From IMG/VR virus record IMGVR_UViG_3300032239_000223, positions 1-53,172 of that record: a stretch of 53,172 nucleotides of DNA, one strand, 5' to 3'. The translations under genes were made by a program, and so were the position numbers. Positions 1-8,848 of the stretch are shown here, in pieces. The DNA is from a virus (Duplodnaviria; Caudoviricetes). Positions within the stretch are counted from its first letter, which is position 1. Each line of letters opens with the position of its first letter. Under the pieces are notes generated by a model. It saw nothing but the letters and a program-made list of their open reading frames with translations, ran no database searches and was not told the origin of the DNA.

Positions 1-528
1 CTGTCGTACAAAAAGGTGTCAGAAGAGGCGCCAATTTTAAACCCACTGCTGTTTACTCTGGCAGGTATTCCTTTACCCGCACAACCACAATATGTTCCTG
101 AAAAAACCTTGACAGCCAACGAAGAAAAGGCTAAAAAGGAAGAGGAAGACAACAAAAAAGAGGCACCCGCTTTGGACCTATTCAGTTTCTTTAATTTTGC
201 CGAGGGGGGCATGGTTCCCCAACACCCGATGGGCCAGCCAGAATTTTATTCTGAGGGTGGTGTAGGGTCAACATACATCCAAGGTCGCGGTGACGGTACG
301 TCAGACCAGATCCCCGCCATGGTGGCCAACAGCGAGTACGTGTTGCCGGCGGACATTGTATCCGCTTTGGGTAACGGCTCCAGTGACTCCGGTGCAAACA
401 TTCTGGACCAGTTCATCCAAACAATTCGAGCACACAAGCATTCCAACCCACCAAGTGAGTTGCCCCCAGAAAGCAAAGGCCCGTTAGAGTACCTCTCTGA
501 CGTGCACATGAAAGGAAGAAGAAAATGA
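1..528 (+). CDS. Virion/internal protein, C-terminal part (5' truncated), with GDGxSDxIPAx(4)EYVLPAD domain
   Basis: Frame 1 is open from base 1. Contains FAEGG and GRGDGTSDQIPAMVANSEYVLPADIVSALGNGSS, resembling a motif common in phage virion/tape-measure proteins. Stop overlaps the next start. Confidence 0.7.
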   Translation: MSYKKVSEEAPILNPLLFTLAGIPLPAQPQYVPEKTLTANEEKAKKEEEDNKKEAPALDLFSFFNFAEGGMVPQHPMGQPEFYSEGGVGSTYIQGRGDGTSDQIPAMVANSEYVLPADIVSALGNGSSDSGANILDQFIQTIRAHKHSNPPSELPPESKGPLEYLSDVHMKGRRK

Positions 529-1385
529 GCGTTTTTGATTCAAGCAGTACAGTTAATACAACCCTGCCGTCTTGGTTTACTTCTGCACAGCAGAACATTG
601 CCACACAGGCACCCACAACCTATGGTGCGGTTACAGACCCAAGTAAAACGGTTGCCGCTGGTTTAGTCAGCAATTTGAACAGTCAACTTGCCAACCCGTT
701 TACAACATCAATCACAGGCTTACAGGCGTCACAAACGGCCAACGCAAGTCCTTGGTTGGCTTCTGGTGCGCCAGACACGTCTACACCCTTGGGTGGGTTA
801 TTTGCCGCGCAAAACGCCAAGCTAGACACCCTGCTTCCTCAGATTACAGCCAACGAGGGAGCGCAAGGTATTGGAACCGGCAACTACCGATCTTTGCGTG
901 GAGACACCGCAACACAAACAGCCCGTGCAGGCGCACTGGCTTCATTGAACGCAGACCAGCTTAAAGCCGCTTTGGAGGCCGGAAGTCAATCGATCCAAGC
1001 CGGTCAGGCTTTAGGCAACGTGGGCGCTCAGTACGGCTCCACTGGCGTTAACGTGGCCAACCAAGAGATGTTGGGCGGCTTGCCTGCGTTGGCTAAATAC
1101 AGCGACATCATTAACGCAATGGGCCCAACAACTAATAAAGAAGTTGCTACTGTGAGTAAAGGTAGCCCATACGAAAATCTGCTCAAGGCCTTTAACGCGG
1201 TTGGTGCCGCAGGCTCTGCGTATGATAAACTAACGAGCGGTAGTACAGGTCTTTCTTGGTTGGATAATATACTTAAAAATCCATCGTTCGCAGGAAGCAA
1301 CGCGGAGAACAATGCAGGAACAGATTATAGTGGCGATATTAGCCAATCGGGCCACTGGGAAGGTGGCGAGTGGGTTAATGATTAA
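525..1385 (+). CDS. Putative DNA ejection/pilot protein
   Basis: 286 aa, Ala/Gly/Gln/Thr-rich, in an operon with internal virion proteins. Confidence 0.55.
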   Translation: MSVFDSSSTVNTTLPSWFTSAQQNIATQAPTTYGAVTDPSKTVAAGLVSNLNSQLANPFTTSITGLQASQTANASPWLASGAPDTSTPLGGLFAAQNAKLDTLLPQITANEGAQGIGTGNYRSLRGDTATQTARAGALASLNADQLKAALEAGSQSIQAGQALGNVGAQYGSTGVNVANQEMLGGLPALAKYSDIINAMGPTTNKEVATVSKGSPYENLLKAFNAVGAAGSAYDKLTSGSTGLSWLDNILKNPSFAGSNAENNAGTDYSGDISQSGHWEGGEWVND

Positions 1386-1396
1386 GGAATATACAA

Positions 1397-3106
1397 ATGG
1401 CACTTGAAGATACAACCGGCGGCTTGCCCTCTGACGAACCGCAGATTAAAGCGACGATGCCAAAGGCTGGTGGGCTTTCGCTTGCCGGTCAAAAAGGCGT
1501 GTCCTTAAACCCCGCAGACAGCGCAGACATTCGTGATCGTTTGATGCAAATGATTCAACAGCGCGAACAAGCCGCGTCAGGTTGGGGCCCCATCATGGAA
1601 CAGGCCGCAGTTTCTGCCGGTGGTCCCGGTACCTTTGCAACAAACTTGCAAAATTACAACACCAACCAACGCAATAAAGAAAGTGAACTCTTTAACATGC
1701 GCGTGGGTCTGGCACAGCTTAACACTGAAGACGCGCGCATTAAACAAGCACAACAAGAAAAAGCACAAAACGATGCTATGTTCTTTAGCTTGCTTGGTGT
1801 TAAACCCCCACAGGCAGGCGCCGCTCCGGTTGCAGGCCCACAAGGTGGTGCCGCTCCTGTTGCAGGCCCTCAGGTAGGCGCCGCTCCGATTGCAGGCCCA
1901 CAAGGTGGTGCCGCTCCGATTGCAGGCCCACAAGGTGGTGCCGCTCCGGTTGCAGGTCCTCAAGCAGGCGCCGCACCTGTCAGCAATGTTGGCCAAGAAC
2001 CAATGGCTGAAATCTTTGCTTTGTATCGTCAAGACCCCAAAGCCGCGATCAATAAACTGATTGAGATGCGCAAGGTTGATGATGTACAAAAACGCTTGAT
2101 TGCCGCTGGCGTACAACCCGGCTCTGATCAATGGAATACTGCATTGTTCAGCAACGTCGCTGGTGCAAGCGCGTTCATTCCGCATGATGTGCGCGGACCC
2201 GGCGGTACAACTCAGCAGACACCATTTAGTGCCGCGGGTGCTGTTATGGGTAATAAACCTCCTGCGGCCCCTGCTCCAATGGCGGCTACTCAAGGCGCCC
2301 CAATTGTCACGGCTCCTGCACCAATGGCGGCTTCTGTGCCTGCGGCGACTTCTATGGGTGCGGTTCCTGCTCCAGCGCAAGGAGGAACGCTATCCCCAAG
2401 TTCCAAAGAAGGTTTGGAGTTGCAAAAAGAGAGAGAATCTATCCCTATTGCCGCCGCAAAACAAGAAGCATTGAAAGTTGCTGAGACAGCGGCTAAAGAA
2501 CAAGAGCAACACAGCGCTGATGTAAAAGAAGCGCAGAACAATTCGATGATTGCTCAGAGCATGCAAAAAGATATTCGTAAAGCGGATAGCCTGTTAGGTA
2601 AACTTGCGGGTGGTGGTGCGCAGTCTGCGTTCTTTGGTTTGATTGATGGTGGTATTCAAGTTGGTCAATTAGGGTCGGTTAATCTGCCACGTTTTACAGA
2701 AGCTGTTGTCAAGATGGACCCCAAAGCCAAAGACCCTGCTGTCATGGACGCATACGTCCGTGTGGCTCAGAACGTAGAAGGCTTGAAGTTAGCTTACACA
2801 CGTAAAGTGTTCCAAGGCCAAGGCTCCGTTACAGAGAATGAGCGTAAGTTGATCTCTACAGCCGTGGGTGATGTCAACCACATGTCACCTGCTAACTTGA
2901 TGCGCATGGCCAAAGCCACTGAACTTGAAGCACGCAATAAGATGGACCAAGATCGTTTGTGGACCCAAATGAAAGACGCAGGAGTTTCTTGGAATCAATT
3001 TAAGTCAAGTCCTGAACTTAAAGAAATGCAACGTCAACAATTCTACCGCACCGCTAAAGCGTTCCGTATTGACAACGCTGTATACCCCGGAGACGAGCAA
3101 CGATGA
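1397..3106 (+). CDS. Putative internal virion (ejection) protein with Pro/Ala/Gly repeats
   Basis: 569 aa, AAGGA RBS, Gln/Ala-rich helical regions, position in the module. Confidence 0.6.
   Translation: MALEDTTGGLPSDEPQIKATMPKAGGLSLAGQKGVSLNPADSADIRDRLMQMIQQREQAASGWGPIMEQAAVSAGGPGTFATNLQNYNTNQRNKESELFNMRVGLAQLNTEDARIKQAQQEKAQNDAMFFSLLGVKPPQAGAAPVAGPQGGAAPVAGPQVGAAPIAGPQGGAAPIAGPQGGAAPVAGPQAGAAPVSNVGQEPMAEIFALYRQDPKAAINKLIEMRKVDDVQKRLIAAGVQPGSDQWNTALFSNVAGASAFIPHDVRGPGGTTQQTPFSAAGAVMGNKPPAAPAPMAATQGAPIVTAPAPMAASVPAATSMGAVPAPAQGGTLSPSSKEGLELQKERESIPIAAAKQEALKVAETAAKEQEQHSADVKEAQNNSMIAQSMQKDIRKADSLLGKLAGGGAQSAFFGLIDGGIQVGQLGSVNLPRFTEAVVKMDPKAKDPAVMDAYVRVAQNVEGLKLAYTRKVFQGQGSVTENERKLISTAVGDVNHMSPANLMRMAKATELEARNKMDQDRLWTQMKDAGVSWNQFKSSPELKEMQRQQFYRTAKAFRIDNAVYPGDEQR
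1808..1981 (+). repeat. About six 30-bp tandem repeats encoding PQ(A/G/V)GAAP(V/I)AG
   Basis: Repeated ccacaaggtggtgccgctccg(g/a)ttgcaggc units visible directly. Confidence 0.9.
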
Positions 3107-6100
3107 ACGGGCTTGAAGCACTCAGTCCGAAACAACGTGCTACAGCACAGCGCGTGATTGCGGAAGCAAAAGCGCAGGGTGTGCCGCCCAACTTGGCGTA
3201 TGGCATGGCCATGCAAGAAAGCGGCTTTGACCAAAGCAAAAAATCCAAGACAGGACCCACTGGCGTAATGATGCTTGGTAAAGCGGCCGCTAAAGATGTG
3301 GGTGTGAACCGCCACAACGAAATGGAAAACATTCGTGGCGGCGTGGCGTACATGAAACAAATGCTTGACAAGTATAACGGCGACGTTGATAAAGCGTTGA
3401 TTGCGTACCACGATGGCCCCAACAGCGCATATTTTACAAATGGCCAAGCAAGCCCTGCCGCCATAAACCATATTCAAAAAGTTAAAGGATACGCAGGTAT
3501 GCCAACTTCTACCACACCCGCCGCCCCAATCTCTGCCGCAGGGCCATCAAAATCAGGCTTCAGTGTAAACATTGAAGACGTTGAGCCACTTGACATTACA
3601 GGTCTTGCAGGCACGACTGCGCCCGCTGTAGGTTTCGGTCGTCAGCGCGACATGTCAGACGTTATGATGGGTGGCACCGGCGCTATGGCAGGTTTTGCTT
3701 TTGGTCCTGACAAACCAAAGACTAAAAAACAACTCGACCAGATGCGCATTCAGATTGCCGCAGATCGTGCCGCAAGAGAAGCGCAAGCCCAAGCGGCCGC
3801 CGCAAACAAACCTGCCGTATTTGGCTCTGGTAAAGATGCATGGAACGCTAACCAACACAATCAAATGTTGGCGCAGACTTTAGCCCCGTTGCCTAGTCAG
3901 GCCGCCATGGGTTCGGCAGAGCCTGTTGCACGCGCACAGCTTGCAAAAGCTCAAGAGATGTTCCCTAACATGTCACTTGCGGGCCCTGAATCTTTGATTG
4001 CTTTACCTAACACAGTTGGTCAAGGTAACAAAATATTACCTGCAATAACCGCGCCCACAACAACAGGGGCATTGCCAGTAGCAGGCCCCAAGCCAATTAA
4101 CTTTGGTTCACGCACAGGCCAATTAGCCAACACAATTGCCGGCGGCATGGCTGGCGCGCAAGTCAACGATATGGCACAGCGTGCCGCACAAGGTGACTAC
4201 ACAGGAAGCGCATTGGCCGGTTTGAGCGCCGCTGGTGCAGGTGCTACATTTGCACCTAACCCCAAAGCAAAATTGCTTGGCGCCGCAACAAGCGCGGGTG
4301 CCGCAGGTCTTCAGTACTTGTATGACCTTTTCAAAACACCTGACGAAACTAAGTCTGTGTTGCAACCAGAGGGTGCTCCACCCAAACTTAAAGAGGGTGG
4401 TGCAATAAAAAAGTCCGACGGCGGTCTACCCGCCGTGGCACACTTTGACAAGGGTGGTTTAGGTAAGATTGTTGCCGGTAAAGTTGCCGGCGCTTTTGGT
4501 CAGGCCCCGGGCCAGATCATCATGCCAACTGCAGAAGAGATTGCAAAGTTTACACCCAAACCAACACAGCAACTTAAATTTAGCGAGGCCATTAGGCCCT
4601 ACCAAGACCATTACCTTGGTGTGCACATGTCTGACAGACAGGGTGTTCATGGTGGTCGTTGGGGCGGCACTGGCTTTCCTAACTTCCAGAACATCAACCC
4701 CATTCATTCGGCCAACAAGGCTGTGTGGATGAACGACAGTGAAGACGCCGCCAACAGACTCATTCAGTCTGCTAGAGAGTTTAACGGCCGTCCTATAATC
4801 AACACCAACTATATTGGTGCGCCTGATCAACACAGGTCTAACAAGACAGTGTTTAACGACGTGCTTGACACGTTCTATAAAAACCAAGCCGCGGGACAAA
4901 TAACGCCAGAGCAAATTGAAAAAATCAACCAAGCTATTTTGAGCAAAGCCAAGACAACAGGCACGCTAAAAAACCTCCCGTTCAATGATAAGTTTGACAT
5001 CAGGGACAAAGATGCTGTCAAGGCGATTGCCGGAGAAACATTTGAGGGCCGAAAGGCTATGGGCGACTTACTTGGTATGGGCCTTGGAACACGCAAGCCC
5101 GCAACTGTGCCACAGTATGCAAACATCCTAGAAGACCACGCAGACCCCTTTACAAAAGGCGCTCCTACAAGCGCGGTTGGTACACGTCTGTTTAAGGTGG
5201 ACAATGTGCCTGCGCAGTACACAGACGATGTGTTGCACCCAGACTATCGTTGGAAAGTAACAGGAACAGACCAACAGGTGCAGTTCCCTGCGGTGCCACA
5301 AAGCGTCGCTGTGCGTGATTGGTACAACGAGATCAAGCCACGTATTGGCATGGAGCCCCATGGCAACGCATGGTTCTCTTATCCAAAGCGTCCACAACTT
5401 ATTAGCAAAGACTACATTACCATGGCAGAGGATGCCGGTTACGCAGAGGGTGGTTTAACTGGTGTACCACATTACGATAAAGGCGGTAGGACGGGTGTTC
5501 TGACGCGCCTTGCTGAATCAGCATACGACATTTTAAAGTTGACGCCTGAAAAGGTTGAGGCATGGCGCAAAGCCAACGCAAAGCCGTTTAAGCAACAGCA
5601 GGATCCACAACTGGCCCAAGCGCTTGAAGCGTACATGACAGGCAAAATATCACAGGCCGACTACCTGCGAATTATGAACGAGCGCAGGCCAATTCGCCCG
5701 TTAACTGAGGTGCCTACCGCGCACTCTGATACGGACATTGCTTCTGCACTGCTTCCAAATCAAGTTGAGAAAAAAGGTATTTTAGGGGTGAATTTATTTG
5801 CTCCACAGGGCATGCGCGTTGGCAACCGCCTCGACATTCCTGCATACGAGCGTTATGGCACCTACGTTGACACGATGCACGACCCTACAGGCAAGCCAAT
5901 TGCCTATGGTCACACAGGACATTTAAAGAACGTAGAGTTTCAGTCTGATCCCAACAGGGCCATTCGCGTGGGACTTGGAACTAGAGAACAAGGAATGACA
6001 CCCTTGGCGCTTGAAGAGGGTCAAGGCAAGGCGCCGTTTGCTATGATGGTTGGTGACAACCAAGTCACAAGCAACGACGAGGTCCGCAGGATGCTTGCAG

Positions 6101-6324
6101 AGGCCTTAAAAGACCCCTCATGGACACAGGTTGGTATGAACCCGTACCGCGGGTCACAGTTCTACGACAAGGCCGACATGAGGCCCGTGTTTAGCGCGGC
6201 TGAAAAGATTCAAGCCGGCCCACTGGTGTTGGCCCGTGACGTAGAGAAAACATCGTGGCAAGACCCACGACTTAAAACCAAGTACGGCGTGAACTACGCC
6301 AAGGGTGGTTTGACACACTTATAA
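3103..6324 (+). CDS. Large internal virion protein with N-terminal lytic transglycosylase (SLT) domain
   Basis: 1073 aa. QES, GVMML, NIRGGVAY and ALIAYHDG correspond to SLT motifs I-III. Confidence 0.8.
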   Translation: MNGLEALSPKQRATAQRVIAEAKAQGVPPNLAYGMAMQESGFDQSKKSKTGPTGVMMLGKAAAKDVGVNRHNEMENIRGGVAYMKQMLDKYNGDVDKALIAYHDGPNSAYFTNGQASPAAINHIQKVKGYAGMPTSTTPAAPISAAGPSKSGFSVNIEDVEPLDITGLAGTTAPAVGFGRQRDMSDVMMGGTGAMAGFAFGPDKPKTKKQLDQMRIQIAADRAAREAQAQAAAANKPAVFGSGKDAWNANQHNQMLAQTLAPLPSQAAMGSAEPVARAQLAKAQEMFPNMSLAGPESLIALPNTVGQGNKILPAITAPTTTGALPVAGPKPINFGSRTGQLANTIAGGMAGAQVNDMAQRAAQGDYTGSALAGLSAAGAGATFAPNPKAKLLGAATSAGAAGLQYLYDLFKTPDETKSVLQPEGAPPKLKEGGAIKKSDGGLPAVAHFDKGGLGKIVAGKVAGAFGQAPGQIIMPTAEEIAKFTPKPTQQLKFSEAIRPYQDHYLGVHMSDRQGVHGGRWGGTGFPNFQNINPIHSANKAVWMNDSEDAANRLIQSAREFNGRPIINTNYIGAPDQHRSNKTVFNDVLDTFYKNQAAGQITPEQIEKINQAILSKAKTTGTLKNLPFNDKFDIRDKDAVKAIAGETFEGRKAMGDLLGMGLGTRKPATVPQYANILEDHADPFTKGAPTSAVGTRLFKVDNVPAQYTDDVLHPDYRWKVTGTDQQVQFPAVPQSVAVRDWYNEIKPRIGMEPHGNAWFSYPKRPQLISKDYITMAEDAGYAEGGLTGVPHYDKGGRTGVLTRLAESAYDILKLTPEKVEAWRKANAKPFKQQQDPQLAQALEAYMTGKISQADYLRIMNERRPIRPLTEVPTAHSDTDIASALLPNQVEKKGILGVNLFAPQGMRVGNRLDIPAYERYGTYVDTMHDPTGKPIAYGHTGHLKNVEFQSDPNRAIRVGLGTREQGMTPLALEEGQGKAPFAMMVGDNQVTSNDEVRRMLAEALKDPSWTQVGMNPYRGSQFYDKADMRPVFSAAEKIQAGPLVLARDVEKTSWQDPRLKTKYGVNYAKGGLTHL

Positions 6325-6370
6325 AGCTAGGAGGAGAAGAGCGGCTACCAAACTGCCCCCTCCGTAGCAC

Positions 6371-8314
6371 TTATTTGCGGTAGCGTGTGTCGATCCAAGA
6401 CTCTGCCGCAAGCGGGAAATCTCCCGCCCAACTTGGTGGTGTGGTCAACGACTTCATCACCAATTCTTCAGTTTGTTTCGCGTCTTCTACACGGCATAAC
6501 GAAAGAATTTCATCATGGATCAGGTTAATCACCGACACGCCTTTACCCTCCAGTTCAAGCGAAGCCTCGGCAAGAAAATCTCTTGCGGTTCCTTGAACGG
6601 CGGACTGGAAGATGCTAGACCCAATAAGCTTGTTGCGCCCCCACTTGCGGGTGAAAGTGTTCTGACTGGTGACGTACACCACGTCAGCCAACTTACCCCA
6701 TGGGGTATACTCCTGAACGACCTCAGGGGCTTGCCAACAAATTAGGCGGCCACTGGGTAGTTGCATCCACAGCGCGCCTTTGAGCACCTTAAACGTTACC
6801 TTACCGGCCTTAAAGGGGCTTCCTTGCTCTTTAATGGCGTCGATGGCCGCTTGGCCCATTAGGAACCAACAGTTCTTCACCTTGGCATAAGACAGCCTGT
6901 ACGCGTTTACAGCGTTTTCTGCCTGTCCGAGGTCCAACATCACCCCCATGCCTTCAGCGTAGGCCACAAGGCCCTTTGCGCCCTGCCCAAACATGCAACC
7001 GAGCACAGCAGACTTGCTGACCTGACGCATGTCCTTGGTCACCTCTTCGTACGGCACCTTGTACAGGCTTGTTGACGCAAACGTCTTGTACTCGTCCAGA
7101 CCTTGGCGGAACAACTCCACCTTATCAGTTTGGCCCGCGATCCATGACGCCACCCTGTTCTCGATCGACGACAGGTCAGCGTCCACAAAGGTGTACCCCT
7201 CAGGCGCCTTGATGGCGTTGCGCACAATCGACGAGCACGCGTCCATCACGCGGTCACCAAAGCGCTCCTTCATGGCCAAGTAACCACCGTGCTCCAGACC
7301 AATCTGCACCGCGTCTGCAATGTCTTGGTCCTTCATCCACAGCGCAGGGCGCGCAATGTTCTGCAGGTTGATACCCCGACTGGCCCAACGGCCCGTGGAG
7401 GCGCCGTGGTACACCAGACCGTTACGAATGCGCCCGTCCACCTGCACGTCGGCCATTTTGTTAAACTTGGTGACAGACGTTTTGGACCCCTCAGAGCGCA
7501 ACTTGAGCACCTTACTCACGTCTGGGTCGGTGTGCGTCTTCTTGGCCTCGTTCTCAATTGTTTCGGCCTGCATGTCTGTCAACATCACGTTCTTGGATCG
7601 GAACCAGTTGAGCAGTTGCTCACGCTTGGACACCTCAATGCCGCCGGTCAGGCGCGTGATCTCTTCGTTGATGTGGCTCATCTCATGGACCACCACGTTC
7701 ATAATGTTCAACAACTCCTCGGGGTCCACTGGAACACCGCGTTGGTTGATCTTCTGCGTGGCCACCCAAACAGACTGCTCGGATGGTGACAGTTTGCGTA
7801 GCTTTCCGACGATTGCAATTTCAGTCTGCACGTCGCGTTTGCAATACTCAAGCATCTCGGCCACGAGCACTGAATCCTCGCTGAACGTGCCGTCGCGCTT
7901 GGGCTTGCTCAACAACTGAATGAGCTTCTTGCCGCGCTTGTCTTTTTGGAAGTCTGCCTGCATCACCTCGCCGGCTGTGTCCAAGTCTTGGGGAATGTTG
8001 TTTGCGGCCGCGATGGCCATGGAGTCAATGAGTTGCTCCCACTGGATCTCAGGCCACCCAAAGCGGGTGCCTACGCGGTTCCAAATGTGGTGCTCAAACG
8101 ACGCATTCCATGCGGCGATTAGGCCGTTATTCGCCGCATGGTCCAGTACCCACTGGGGTACTTGGTCGGGCGTCCACACCTGCACGTCGTCCGCGGTAAA
8201 ACCTGCGGCAAGGCAAATGATTTCTGTTGTGGGGGAGGATGAATAAACATCAAGGCCGTGGACCTTGAGATCGACCTTGCTACGGGTCTCGAAGTCGATT
8301 GAAAGAACTGACAT
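6371..8314 (-). CDS. DNA polymerase family A with 3'-5' exonuclease
   Basis: Exo I IDFET, TGRWAS..NLQN, motif A DLSSIENR, motif B RQVSKSAVLGCMFG, motif C IHDE. Confidence 0.95.
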   Translation of the reverse strand: MSVLSIDFETRSKVDLKVHGLDVYSSSPTTEIICLAAGFTADDVQVWTPDQVPQWVLDHAANNGLIAAWNASFEHHIWNRVGTRFGWPEIQWEQLIDSMAIAAANNIPQDLDTAGEVMQADFQKDKRGKKLIQLLSKPKRDGTFSEDSVLVAEMLEYCKRDVQTEIAIVGKLRKLSPSEQSVWVATQKINQRGVPVDPEELLNIMNVVVHEMSHINEEITRLTGGIEVSKREQLLNWFRSKNVMLTDMQAETIENEAKKTHTDPDVSKVLKLRSEGSKTSVTKFNKMADVQVDGRIRNGLVYHGASTGRWASRGINLQNIARPALWMKDQDIADAVQIGLEHGGYLAMKERFGDRVMDACSSIVRNAIKAPEGYTFVDADLSSIENRVASWIAGQTDKVELFRQGLDEYKTFASTSLYKVPYEEVTKDMRQVSKSAVLGCMFGQGAKGLVAYAEGMGVMLDLGQAENAVNAYRLSYAKVKNCWFLMGQAAIDAIKEQGSPFKAGKVTFKVLKGALWMQLPSGRLICWQAPEVVQEYTPWGKLADVVYVTSQNTFTRKWGRNKLIGSSIFQSAVQGTARDFLAEASLELEGKGVSVINLIHDEILSLCRVEDAKQTEELVMKSLTTPPSWAGDFPLAAESWIDTRYRK

Positions 8315-8347
8315 AACTGCTCCTAAGGCATGCAGACGAATCTGCGT

Positions 8348-8379
8348 TAAAAAAGAGCAGGGAAGTTGCCTCCCCTGCT
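8348..8379 (-). terminator. Putative intrinsic terminator upstream of the polymerase gene
   Basis: Minus strand agcagggg...ccctgct followed by a T run. Confidence 0.45.
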
Positions 8380-8418
8380 AAAAGTCCAACCAAGGACTCA
8401 CCATGAAACACACCGAAA

Positions 8419-8637
8419 CTATACCATAGATTTTGTGCGCTTATCGATTTCGCGTTCGATGTACCATTTGGCCTTCTTCAAGTCTTCAATGGCATCCTTC
8501 TTTAAATCACAACGCCAGATATACTTAATTGCGTTACCCAAGTTAAACCCCATGTGTTCAGTGACTTGGATGCACTCAATACCGGACGGGTGTTCGGTGT
8601 AGTGAGGGGGCTTATTAACTACATCTGGCTCGATCAT
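8419..8637 (-). CDS. DUF3310 (SaV-like) protein
   Basis: VNKPPHY...IECI...GNAIKYIWR...K...EDLKKAKWY signature. Start placed at ATG 8637, overlapping the upstream stop. Confidence 0.9.
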   Translation of the reverse strand: MIEPDVVNKPPHYTEHPSGIECIQVTEHMGFNLGNAIKYIWRCDLKKDAIEDLKKAKWYIEREIDKRTKSMV

Positions 8638-8780
8638 TTGAAAGCGCTCAACGCGTACATGTGTAGGTGGCCCCACAAACCCGCGGCAATAAAGCCAAGG
8701 TATGCCGCGCCTATGATCCCCACCAACATGGTGAAAGCACCAAGAACATTCTCACAAATTGCTAAAATTTTATCTTTCAT
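8634..8780 (-). CDS. Small membrane protein (48 aa)
   Basis: MKDKILAICENVLGAFTMLVGIIGAAYLGFIAAGLWG, AGGAG RBS, translationally coupled. Not in the ORF track (<60 aa). Confidence 0.6.
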   Translation of the reverse strand: MKDKILAICENVLGAFTMLVGIIGAAYLGFIAAGLWGHLHMYALSAFK

Positions 8781-8848
8781 AATAACTCCTAAAAGGTAGG
8801 ATGGTGTGCGCTCCCCCGAGAACCCTCAGAGGCACCACCCCAGTTTAA

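Noticed and set aside
8795-8848. Possible tRNA or ncRNA between nrdJ and the next gene
   Set aside because: Only an imperfect hairpin; no cloverleaf or T-loop consensus. No tRNA was recognised anywhere in the window.
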